Shown: one piece after another, positions 53,231-63,960 of the stretch
How the letters are laid out: each line of letters begins with the position of its first letter
Position numbering within the stretch: position 1 is the first letter of the stretch
DNA from: an uncultured bacterium
GTDB lineage: Bacteria > Verrucomicrobiota > Verrucomicrobiia > Limisphaerales > UBA8199
NCBI GenBank assembly: GCA_963749495.1
Contig: CAVVMW010000016.1
Location: 32,001-96,000, forward strand
Direction of reading: 5' to 3'
Length of the DNA stretch: 64,000 bases
Program-made: the position numbers and the translations under genes
Notes under the pieces: model-generated
Database searches by the model: none
Told to the model about the DNA's origin: nothing
Seen by the model: the letters and a program-made list of their open reading frames with translations, nothing else

Positions 53231-54530
53231 CTATCCCGGCGCGCGGATCGACTCCACGGGCGTGACCGGGTCAATGCCCAGCCAACAGAGGGCGCCGATG
53301 AAGTACCAGCCGGCGATGACCTGGATGACCACGCTCCAGTCGTTGCCTGCCGCCTGCAGGATGTAGGGAATGGTCCAGGGCGCGAGCAATCCCCCGAGGC
53401 AACCCCAGGTATTCATCAAGCCGGAGAGCGTCCCGGCAAAGCGGCCTCCCAGGTCCATGCACCCGGCCCAGGAACCGGGCATGGCCATGTCATTGCCGAA
53501 GCAGGAGCATCCCATGGCCGCCATCGCCAGCACCGGGTGTTTCAGCCGCGCGGACACCAAGAGCATCAGGCAGGCGAGCGCGCAGCCCGTTGCGCCCAGG
53601 CCGCGCCTGGCCCGCGCCACGCCGCCAAACCGCTTGACCAGCCGCGGGGTCAGCCAGCCGGTGAGCCAGCAACTGAGCCCCGCCAGGAACAGCGGCGGAG
53701 CAGCCAGCAAAGCCGCCAGGTAGCGGTCGGCCTCGGCCATCCCGAATTGCTCTTTGATGTAAGTCGGCAGCCAGGTGAGATAGAACCAGAAACCGTAGCT
53801 CAGACAGGCGTACTGCAGGCAGAGCAACCAGACTGAGCGGCTGCTCAAAAACCGCCCCCAAGGGACTGGTGCCCGGCCCACAGGACCGGCAGACTCTTCG
53901 TGCTCTTGGCCCGCCGGCGCTGGTCCGGTCAAAGGCGCCGCGCCCTGATCCGGCGGACGGTCACGGAACCAGCGGCAGAACAAAACCGCCCACACAAAGC
54001 CGATGGCGCCAAAGAGAAAGAAACTCCAGCGCCAGGTAGTGAAGTCCAGCACCGCGACCACCGCCAGTGGCGTAAAGGCGCCGCTCCAACGCGCCGCGAC
54101 CCACATCAGGCTCTGGACCCGCGTGCGTGCGGCCCCGGCAAACCAGGCGCTGAAGGCCTTGGTGAGATTGGGAAAACAGCCAGCCTCGCCGGCGCCAAAC
54201 AGGAACCGCGCTCCCAGAAGCGAAACGAACCCGCCCACCCAACCCGTCGCCACCGTAAAGAATGACCACCAACCGACCGCCCAGGTCAATACGCGGCGCG
54301 GCCCCACCCGGTCGCCCAGCCACCCCAGCGGGACCTCAAACAGGCCGTAGGCGACGCCGAATGCGGTCATGACCAACCCCATCTGTTTCTTAGTCAATCC
54401 AAGGTCACTGGCGATCCATGGCTGGGATTGCGAAATGCAGAACACGGTCCAGGTAGAGTATGGCGGCCAGGCTCACCGCAAAGAGCAGCAGCACACGGCG
54501 GGCACGCTGGCGCTTGGACTCAGTGGTCAT
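53231..54530 (-). CDS. MFS transporter (anion:cation symporter-like), frameshift ~54442
   Basis: ILYLDRV-CISQ, GWLGDRVGPRRVL, RFLFGAGEAGCFP. Confidence 0.88.
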
Positions 54531-54621
54531 GAACATATGCTCATGACCACTTAGAGTCCGTGCAAGAATTAATTCCGATTTCCCTGTCGGCGCACACAGC
54601 CAAAGCGTCCCGATGGATCGC

Positions 54622-54806
54622 TGTCCCGGAGGGACACATGAGAATAGCCCAATGCTTTAGCATTGGGTTGGCGTGCCCCAAAAGGGTCCAGTCCCGAAGG
54701 GACGGCTGAACGGCCCGACATTTCAGCCGTCCCTTCGGGACTTGACGGCCTCGGCCCCACCACCCAACGCTGAAGCGTTGGGCTATTCTCAGCCATCCCT
54801 CCGGGA
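54622..54806. repeat. REP doublet (gtcccggagggac family)
   Basis: aatagcccaatgctttagcattggg and its inverse. Confidence 0.8.
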
Positions 54807-55009
54807 TGAGAAGCAAGTGAGCAAGGCACATCCGGTTACTTATAAACCTGGGTCTAAAGCCAATCGGAGTTTCGAAATGTGTGATCTGGCTTGCGGGCCG
54901 GCTTGCCCGGATTGCGCAGGCAGGTTGGTAACTTGGCCGAGGGCGTTGGTGTGAAGGCACAGCAGCGCCAGGCCGAGCGGCGCGAGGGTCGTTATTCTCA
55001 ATTCTTATG

Positions 55010-55295
55010 GCCAGACGAACGTGCCCGGCGGTCTGAGCGGCGTGATTGCCATTGCGGCGGGAGACATATTCAGTCTGGCGCTCAGACAGGACGGGACGGT
55101 GGCCGGATGGGGGGAATCACCCTCACCGGAGCGATAGGGAGCAAGCGTCGCATTGACTACATCAACCAGTTTGGCCCGACCGACGCCTGGGTGACGCTGG
55201 ACACCGTCACCTTGACCAACGGGGCGCAGCCTGACTTCGACCTGACTATGTGGCGGCAGCCCGCTCGGCTTTACCGGATCGTTCCGGTGCCGTAG
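55010..55295 (+). pseudogene. RCC1-repeat protein remnant fused to C-terminal module
   Basis: QTNVPGGLSGVIAIAAGDIFSLALRQDGTVAGWG, then GPTDAWVTLDTV...ARLYRIVPVP in another frame. Confidence 0.65.
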
Positions 55296-55599
55296 CCGTC
55301 CTGGTTCGGACCTGACAGAAGGCAAGGAACGAAACGACCTATTATCTCCGAGGCGGCGCCAAGGTGCGCGGCGCTCCGGTGGCATCCGCTTCCCACGACC
55401 ATGAAGTTCTCCAATTGGTCGCTTTCAGTCTGTTCACTCTCCCTCTCGGGACCGACCCCTCTCCCTCTGGAGACAGTTTGTTTCGTACTCAAGGGCTTAC
55501 GTCTCATGCGCCAGCCTGAAAAACTCTCGTGTAATGAACCTTCGGAAGGGGAGAGGCCGCGGTGAGGGCTCGGCCCCCGTGACACCCCCGCCTTCACTG

Positions 55600-55719
55600 A
55601 GAAGGTGTGAAAAAGTGCCAAAACGGGCACCATCTCCAAAAACACCCCTCTGTTTTCCTGGGGATTTTGAAGATTTTTTTCGCGCCTTGGGGCCGGAAAT
55701 CGATTTTTTCACACCTTCT
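55600..55719. mobile_element. 120-bp MITE-like element
   Basis: 15-bp terminal IR agaaggtgtgaaaaa / tttttcacaccttct. Confidence 0.6.
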
Positions 55720-55916
55720 GAGGCCTTACACCCATGAGCATTTCAGCCTCAACATTGTCCTCCTTCAAGGCATGTTTCGGGTTCATGGCTAACATCTGGC
55801 CGCCCGATCCCCGGCCCGTCTTCCGCGAAAAACCCTGGCAGCTTCGGAATGACTGAGTATCGATGCTCCGAAGGGCAATTATTTGTGTCGGCTTTTGGCC
55901 CGAGCGGCAGTCTATA

Positions 55917-56479
55917 TGGTGAATGACGATATGAACGTGACCGATCAGGAACTCGAACAATTGCGCCGGGACAATGCGGCTCTGCTGCGGCTGCGAGCGG
56001 AAGCCGGACAGTTGCGCGCCGAACTGGCGGAATTGGGGAGATTGCGCGCCGAGAACGAGCGGTTCCGCGCAGCGTTCCCAGGGGTCCTCCTGGTCAAGGA
56101 TATGGCCAAAGCGAAGGCCGCCCAGGAAACGGAGACTTGCATGAACCATCTGAGGGAGATTTATATTGCCGGCATGGTCCGGGCCCGGGACAATGGGGAC
56201 CGCTACCCCCAGAATTTCTTGACCACGAGCAACGATCTCCTGGTCCCGTTTATCCTGCACTGTCCCGCCGACAAGGCACACATCAGGCCGCAGTCCTGGG
56301 CCGAGGCGGCCGCCGGGAATGTCAGCTACCAGTCGTTTGCGCTCGGCACGGTTCCCGATGAGGGAAAGATTTACGCCTGGTTTCCGATTCACCACCAGGG
56401 CATCACCGCTCATGGCCGGGTGGCCGGACCCAGCCCTGACGCCGCAATGCTCGCACTCCCGCAATCCAAAGATCGATAG
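55917..56479 (+). CDS. Hypothetical coiled-coil protein with pilin-like C-terminal region
   Basis: LLRLRAEAGQLR; CMNHLREI...LHCPAD. Confidence 0.6.
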
Positions 56480-56487
56480 AGGTGGAC

Positions 56488-57272
56488 ATGAAAATCCAGA
56501 GGACTTGTCTCAATTGGATTGGTGGAATTCTGTGTCTTGCCGCAGCCGGTGCAGTGGCCATCCAGGCGGACAGGATCGCCGGGCTGCGCGGGGCAAATCA
56601 GGGGCTGCGCAACAGTGAGAAGGAGGCCGCGGAGTTGAGCCGACAGAACCAGGAAATGCCGCGGCTGCGCCAGGAGACTGCGGCCATAGCTGAACTCCGT
56701 GCCGCGAACCAAGGCCTGCTGGCGCTTCGGAATGAAATCCACCAACTGCGAAGCGGGAAAGAGGAGTTGGCCGAAGCGCGCGCTGATAACCAGCTTTTGC
56801 TCGACCAGCAAAGAGCGTCGAGCGGCCAGCAGGGAACCACCCCGCCGCCGGCGGATCTATTCCAAAAGCGGCGCTGGTTGATTCGGGGTTCGGCAGCCCG
56901 GAGGCCACGGTCCGGACCTTTTTCTGGGCCCTGTGCCGCGGAAACCTGGCACGCATGGTGAATTGCTACGGATGGTGGGCCCCCGGCGAACAAGAAGGAG
57001 GCGAGGTGTCCGCCGAAACATTGAGCCAGGCAAAAGTAATACTCCGCGCGATCGGCCTGGAAGCTCAGGCTGGGTCCACCCAAGACTTGCGCGATTGGCT
57101 TGCGGCTCAAACCCGCTGTTTTTCAGGTTACCAAATTGCCGGCCAGAAAGCCGTCTCCCCGAACGAAGTCGAAATCCGGGTGCAAGGTCTCAACGGCGGA
57201 GGGGTCCTGGCGGTGTTTTTGCGGCGGGGGCGGGGACCATTTGGTGAGGAGTGGACAATCTTCATGGATTAA
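56488..57272 (+). CDS. Hypothetical membrane-anchored coiled-coil protein, frameshift ~56860
   Basis: TM helix, LLALRNEIHQLR; continues in a second frame. Confidence 0.55.
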
Positions 57273-57289
57273 GCCTCGTTTCTGAATTT

Positions 57290-57993
57290 ATGGAGCTAAA
57301 CGCTCGTCCTGTTGCTATGCCAAAGCGGGTCAAAAACGTGCTCGTCTTTTTCCTCATCGCCATTGTTGGCGTAGTTGTCTGGCAAGTGGCGCAACGCCGT
57401 GAGCCTGAGCCTGTTTACCGGGGTAAGACGTTGAGCAGTTGGCTAAGGGGTTATGTCACATCACCCAATCTCGCACAAGAGTGCGACGAGGCCGTTCTCC
57501 AAGCAGGCACCAACGCTTTTCCCACCCTCCTGCGACGGCTCCGTGCGAAGGATGCGGCTCGATGGCCAAGTTAATAACCTTGTTGCAACGCCAGCACATT
57601 ATCAAAATCGAATTCACACCTGCGGCGGCTTGGAACGCCGCGGCGGCGTCCGCCTTTTGGTTATTGGGTACGAACGCCCAGACTGCTGTGCCGGCGTTGA
57701 TACAAATTGCTGACCAGGACATTTCTCCCGAGTCCCAACGCTCTGCGATTTACTCACTGGCCGGCATCGGCCCAGCAGCGAAAGAGGCTGTTCCTTCACT
57801 ATTACGCTGGACGACCAATGCAGACCCGATGGTGCGAAACACGGCAAGGTTCTCGCTTTTTGTCATTGACCCAGAAGCCGCCGCCAAAGCAGGCATCACA
57901 AACACCTGGCCGCGTTTCTCGCGCCGTCAAAGTGACGAACAAATTGACCAGCGGGTGACTAACGCCAAAGCACGCATCACTAACCTCCGTTGA
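57290..57993 (+). CDS. HEAT-repeat protein, frameshift ~57560
   Basis: EPVYRGKTLSSWL, GTNAFPTLL, IGPAAKEAVPSLL. Confidence 0.7.
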
Positions 57994-58411
57994 AGAGACC
58001 AAGGCAGGCGTTGTTTCTTCCCTTCCCTGATTGTATCTATGCGGATGCAACCGCGATGACATGGGGCTGCCCCAATGCCGGCCAGTCCCAACCCGGGATC
58101 GCTGAGCGGCTCTGTCTTCCGCGTATTCCGCCTATTCCGCGGTTGCCCTCAGTTGCCATAGCCATATCGGCCCCGCTCCGCCACGATGCGCTCCAGTTGG
58201 AGCTTGGGATAACGGCCAAAGTTGACCAACAGCCCGAGCTTGAACCCGGTCGCCTTGAGGTAGTTTTGCTTTTCATGGCCGGCGAGGCTAGCAAAGCTCC
58301 GAAGAAGAATGAACCGCGGAATACGCGGATTATGTGGAGCTCCACATAACGCGGAATACGCGGAAATGAACAAGTCTAATGGTTACTGTTTTGTCCCGCA
58401 CCCGCCCGGAG
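57982..58411 (-). repeat. GxxExxY-type element remnant (C-terminal stub); inverted repeat of 33997-34290
   Basis: ATG at 58276 fused to QNYLKATGFKLGLLVNFGRYPKLQLERIV; ccgcggaatacgcgg flanks. Confidence 0.85.
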
Positions 58412-58459
58412 CGCCGGACAGAATATTCACTTTCACAAAGGCCCGGCTGGTGCTAAAAC

Positions 58460-60966
58460 GTGCAGGGTGTGAGAATTGACGTGTCCTTCGTTAGACCCAG
58501 GTTCAGACGCAGTCGGACATCCACGGGGCGAGTGCCGAGTGCCGAGTGTCGAGTCAACGCGGACCAGCCGCCGCCCGTCACTCGTCACTCGTCATTCATC
58601 ACTCGTCAACGGCGTCCGGATAGCCTTGAATCGAGGGCCAGGCCTGCCGGCCGGCCCGCCTGTCTTGCCGGGTTTGTGCTCGTGGCCGGCGCGCTCGCCT
58701 GCCTCTCCGCCCAGAGCGACCAGGTGATTTATTCGGATTCGTTGCAGAACGGGTGGCAGGAGTGGGGTTGGACGGCGATCAACTACGCAAACACGGCGCC
58801 GGTCCATTCAGGGTCCGACTCGATCAGCGTCACGGTTACCAATCCCTGGCAGGCCATCTACATTGCCCACGCTGCCTTCGACTCGAGTCCCTACACCAAC
58901 CTCACCTTCTGGCTCAACGGCGGCGCCGCCGGGGGCCAGCAGTTGCTGATCCAGGGACACGCCGGCGGCAGTCCCCAGGCCACTTTCGCCTTGCCGCCGT
59001 TGGCCGCAAACAGGTGGCAGCCGTTCAACGTCTCGCTCGCCGCCCTGGGCGTCGCCAACCGCCTCGACATGGACGGGTTCTGGATCCAGGACCGCATCGG
59101 CGCGGCACAGCCAACGTTTTACCTTGACGACATTACCTTGGTGGCCGGCACGACGCCCCCCGCCACCAACACGCCGCTCGCCATTACCGTGGACGCGCGC
59201 CTCAACCGCCGGCCGATCAGCCCCTTGGTTTATGGCGTCGCCTTCGCCACCTCCTCCAACCAGCTCGCCGACCTCAATTGCCCCATTCACCGCTCAGGCG
59301 GAAACAACGAGACCCGCTACAACTGGCAAATCAACGCGCACAACCTCGACGCCGATTGGTACTTCGAAAGCTATCCCGATTCGAGCGCGACGCCGGGACA
59401 AACCGCCGACACGTTCGTCGCCAACAGCAAGGGCGCCGGGGCCGAGCCGATGATCACCGTGCCGATGATCGGCTGGGCGCCCAAGCTCGGCCCGGGCGCG
59501 CCATCCTCTATAGCTACTCGGTAGCCAAGTACGGCCCGCAGACCTCGACCGACCCCTGGCACCCCGACGCCGGCAACGGCAAGAGCAGCACCAACGCCAG
59601 CGTCCCGATCACCTGGAACGACCCCAACGACGCCAATTTCCCAACCAACACCGCCTTCGAGGAGACTTACGTCCAGCACCTGCTCCAGCAGTGGGGCTCC
59701 TCCACCAACGGCGGCGTCCGTTACTATATCCTCGATAACGAGCACAGCCTCTGGCACTCCACGCACCAGGACGTCCATCCCGTCGGCCCGACCATGGAGG
59801 AGATCTGGACCAACATGCTCGCCACCGCCGGCATGATCAAATCCAACGACCCCAATGCCCTGGTCCTGGGCCCCGAAGAATGGGGGTGGAGCGGCTATCT
59901 CTACAGCGGCTTCGACCAGCAATGGGCGGGCGCTCACTCCGACTGGAACCCCGCCCGCTTTCCCGACCGCAGCGCCCACGGCGGGTGGGACTACATGCCC
60001 TGGCTCCTCAGCCAGTTCCACCAGCACGACACCGCCTCCGCCCAGCGCCTCCTGGACTGCTTCACCCTCCATTGCTATCCCCAGGAGAACAATGTCAGCG
60101 GCAGCGATGTCTCCGCCGCCACCGTCCTGCTGCGCAACCAGAGCACACGCGTGTTCTGGGACAGCAACTATGTTGACCCGAGCTGGATCAACAGCGTCAT
60201 TATGCTCATCCCGCGCATGAAAAACTGGGTCGCGACCAATTACCCGGGCACCAAAACGGGGATTACCGAATACAACTGGGGCGCCGAGACCAACGTCAAC
60301 GGCGCGACCGCACAGGCCGACATCCTGGGCATCTTTGGCCGGGAGGGCCTTGACCTGGCAACCCGTTGGACCACTCCCGCCACGGGCACACCCTCTTACA
60401 ACGCCATCAAAATGTACCGAAACTACGATGGCAACAAATCAACGTTCGGCGACACGAGCGTCTCGGCGGCAACGGCCGCCAACCCCGATAACCTCTCGAC
60501 CTTCGCCGCCCTGCGCGCCGCCGACGGCGCCCTCACGACAATGGTGATAAACAAGCAAGCCGGCGCCGCCCCCACCGTCACCGTCACCGTCACCAATGTT
60601 CAGGGCTCTGGCGCCGCCCAGTTTTGGCAACTCACCGCTTCCAACGTCATCACCCGCCTTCCCGACATCCCCTTGGCCGGCAATACATTCACCAGCACGC
60701 TCCCGCCCCAGAGCATCAGCCTCTTTGTCCTGCCCGCCTCCACCCCAATAGCGCCAATCCTTCGGCTGGATCCCCTGGGCCCCACCAACACCTTCGACTT
60801 CTGGCTGGATGGCCAGGCCGGCCAAAGCTATGTCATTTCCTGGTCCGGCGATTTGCGGACCTGGTTCCCGCTCCAAACCAACACCCTCGCCGGCACCTCG
60901 CTCCATTTCATCGTGCCGGCAACCAATGCCCCCGCCCGCTTCTTCCGCGCGCAATGGAAACCGTGA
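58460..60966 (+). CDS. GH44 endoglucanase/xyloglucanase with CBM-like N-terminus and C-terminal module, frameshift ~59497
   Basis: RSGGNNETRYNW, LDNEHSLWHSTHQDVHP, GPEEWGW, ITEYNWG; ends ARFFRAQWKP. Start uncertain. Confidence 0.88.
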
Positions 60967-61153
60967 GTTGGAGGTGGCGTGAAGCTTCCGAACTGGTCAT
61001 CGATCATGCCGACGCAGCCGACAGAATGTCAATTGTTTACATCCGGCTCCCTCGTCTTACTGATGAAGAGTCTCTGGGCGCCGGAAGGACCGTCCAGGGT
61101 CTCTGCGGTCAGAATTTGCTTGCCACTCAGGGCGCGCGAACCGAGGCTAAGGC

Positions 61154-61520
61154 ATGGACAGAGCCAGAGCATTTGCCGCCAGACCAAAACGACGGCCGGC
61201 GAGTGCAGAGGATGTGCAAGAACTCATCCAACGGCACCCCGGCGAGTGGCTGGCGATAGACGTCAAGACCGAAACCGGCGGCCGACCAAAGGCAGGCCGG
61301 TTAGTCTGCCACGCGAGAGATCGAGACGCGGTGTGGCGGAAGACCAAAAGTTGACGCCGATTGTATATCCTCTATGCCGGGCCACCCCTCCAGGAGGGTT
61401 ACGCTGCGGCGTTTCCACGATCTCCCGCGACAAAGCCCGGTGGACGGGCTGCTGGGCCTGTCATTCCTCAAGTGGTTTGACCTTGATCTTCACTTCCGAA
61501 CGCGAACGCTCAGGTTGAGC
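61154..61520 (+). pseudogene. Degraded small-protein + retropepsin-like aspartyl protease pair
   Basis: HPGEWLAIDV...KS*RRLYILYAGP, then HDLP..VDGLLGLSFLKWFDL. Confidence 0.5.
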
Positions 61521-61548
61521 GGCCCTTCGAGAAAGCTCCGCTCATCAA

Positions 61549-61601
61549 GCGTTCCCGCGACTCCTTCACCGCCGCGTCCGGCAAGCCAACGATGACAATA
61601 T
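61549..61601 (-). pseudogene. Isolated comM/yifB 5' fragment (candidate att site)
   Basis: IVIVGLPDAAVKESRER, the conserved ComM N-terminal motif. Confidence 0.8.
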
Positions 61602-61886
61602 TATCTTGTATTCTCCGTATGCACGGAGGGCCGATGTAAGTGGCTCTGTTACGATGTCTTACCGTTTTCGGCGCCGCCGTACTGGCCTTGTCTGGCGCAA
61701 GAAAGTCCACAACTTGTTTGGATGAAAGGTCTCCCCCACGGCCAGTTTTTCAATTCGTTAGCGGCTTCCGCGGAACCTAAACTTGTCGCTTGCCGTTTTC
61801 GATCGCCATGGGGCCGCGGAGGCAATCGAGCGCGCGCACGGGTGTTGCCGCCCGGGAGGCTTGGTGCTAAGGTTGCCCGCGTGAGC

Positions 61887-62126
61887 ATGAATTATCTCGA
61901 ACATCTCGAACGGCGGCGCAACGTGCGCGGCGGCGAACTGGTCGTCAGGGGCACCCGCGTGACGGTGCGCGCGTTGCTCGCCAGCCTGTCCGAAGGCTCG
62001 AGGCAGGAGGAAATCCTCGCCGACTTCCCGACCGTTTCGGCGGAAGCGTTGCGCGCGGTCATCGCTTTTGCTGCGGCGTCCGCGGAGGAAGATATGCCCG
62101 TGTCGCCCGTGCCGGCCGCCGCATGA
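61887..62126 (+). CDS. DUF433 antitoxin
   Basis: VRGGELVVRGTRVTV...EEILADFPTVS. Confidence 0.85.
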   Translation: MNYLEHLERRRNVRGGELVVRGTRVTVRALLASLSEGSRQEEILADFPTVSAEALRAVIAFAAASAEEDMPVSPVPAAA

Positions 62127-62200
62127 AAATCAAGTTGAACGAGAATCTGCCGGAAGCGTTGCTGACTGACCGTAAATTGCGCGTGCAACGGCCGCGCTGA
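62123..62200 (+). pseudogene. Collapsed DUF5615 PIN-like toxin
   Basis: MKIKLNENLP fused to TDRKLRVQRPR*, 25 aa. Confidence 0.7.
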
Positions 62201-62454
62201 GCACACCGGCCTCGGTGCGCTCCTGGCAGAATGTCGCTCTTGCTCAAGGCGCTAATCTACCAACGGCCATCGGCCCAGACATGGAAAAGTTATTGCTGAC
62301 CCCTTACTCGAGCTTAGAGCCGCCCTGCCGTGGCCCGGTGGCCCGCAGAGGGTTCATTTTAGGCTTGATGTGGTGGTTCGGGGTAGTATAATGCAATGAC
62401 CGTACAGCGGACGGGGGGCTAGATTCCGCTACGGACAAGCTATCAGATAGAATT

Positions 62455-63518
62455 ATGCCAAAGTTTATTACAATCACACCAACTGGTGAACCGGGTCAGA
62501 AAGAGCCTGCCTGGGAGCGCTTTCGCGACGGTCGCTATGTTGCCATCGGATGGCTCAACGACACTGATCTCACCGGGAAGTCGCTCCAGGAAATCAGCAA
62601 GCTTGTGCATGACTATGAGCCCGAGTACGAGGAACAGGCGGTCATGGAGTTGAGGAGGTTCATTTTTGAGGTTAAGCCAGGGGACTACGTGGGAGTCAAT
62701 AATGTCTCCGATGGCCTTTTTGGCGTCGGCGTCATCCAATCTGATTACAAGTTCCAGCTCCGAAAGCACGACCCAGGGGATGCCGATCCCGACAACCCCG
62801 GAGAATTCTTTTCCCACTATAGGGATGTGAAGTGGATCAAAACCGAATATATGCGCCGGACCTCTCTCGTTTGTGAGGGGGAGCCAAACTGGACACCGTA
62901 CCGCGCAGTGGGCAAGGTTTTCGAAGAGTTACCCCCTTACATAGCTCGCCTAGTTGGGATTGCGCCCAGCACTGCAGCCTTGGAGACTGGGACCGTGCGC
63001 CCTGCGGAGTTTAAGCTCGTTATTGAGGCGATCGAAGTCCTGCGCAAGGAGCGCGAGCACAGGGAGCGGCTCACGAGTCGCTCGTCGAGGATTTTTTCGG
63101 CGCACTCGGGTACGCCAAACACAAGGACATCAAGTATCAACAGGGCCGGGTCGATATAAGGGTTGCATCGGGTGGCCGCACGCTCCTGATTGCCGAGGTC
63201 AAGGCTGCCTGGGGTCTGAGCTTCGACAATGGCATTGAGGCAATAGAGCAGGCGTACTGGTATGCGCACGAGGAAGGCGTCCGGTACGTCATCGTGACGA
63301 ATGGTGACACCTACATTGTCTTCGACAGGCTGAAGGGCCTGTCCTGGGAAAGCAACCTGCTTGGCGAGTTTCAACTCACGAAGCTCAACCAGGAGGATCT
63401 CGCGCTCATCGACCGGCTACGCCCCGCCCGCCTGAGTTGGACCGACTTTGGCGAAGCACTGCGGCACGTCGCGGAGAGCTTCATGGACAAAGGACCAGCG
63501 GGTAGCTCATGTGGCTAA
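62455..63518 (+). CDS. Restriction-endonuclease-like protein (PD-(D/E)xK, HsdR_N-like), frameshifts ~63070 and ~63175
   Basis: WERFRDGRYVAIGW; GRVDI...LIAEVK...QAYWYA...IVTNG. Confidence 0.65.
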
Positions 63519-63599
63519 CTGTGGCCGGCGGCTCTACCGTGGGGGCCGGCGGTGGCTGGTAGCGTGTCATCCGGATGGGGCATGCACGGTAGGGTCGCG

Positions 63600-63700
63600 G
63601 GTATTCGCCAAAGGTGTGCAGCGTCATGGCAACGCCGGGCGAGCCGTGGGGGCGGCCCAGAGCCGTGCGGACGTATCCGGTGAGGCTCTCGTGGGCCAGG
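63600..63700 (-). pseudogene. IS91-like (Y2) transposase fragment
   Basis: PGVAMTLHTFGEY HUH-type motif. Confidence 0.5.
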
Positions 63701-63704
63701 GTCC

Positions 63705-63960
63705 GGAAGCCATGGGAGGTGCGCCTGCGCTTTGCCGAAGAGGTGGCCAGATACATCCGGGAACGGGTGTGACATTCGAGCCAGCAACTGCGCGAGCGGC
63801 AGGACGGGCGCTTGGAAATCCGGCTGGAAACTTCCGGGCGCGGGGAGTTGACGCGGTGGATTCTCTCCTGGATGCCGAGCGCCAAGGCGTTGGCGCCGCC
63901 CCAACACAGGGAGCGTGTCAAGCACAGGCCGAGGCAAGGTTTGGCGACTGCGAAGTGGCT
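63705..63960 (+). pseudogene. WYL-associated WCX C-terminal fragment with internal stop
   Basis: VRLRFAEEVARYIRERV*HSSQQ...ELTRWILSW...LAP. Confidence 0.7.

Noticed and set aside
63765..63775. In-frame TGA (also 61352) as recoding or selenocysteine
   Set aside because: Both lie in truncated remnants; TGA is used as a normal stop throughout the window.
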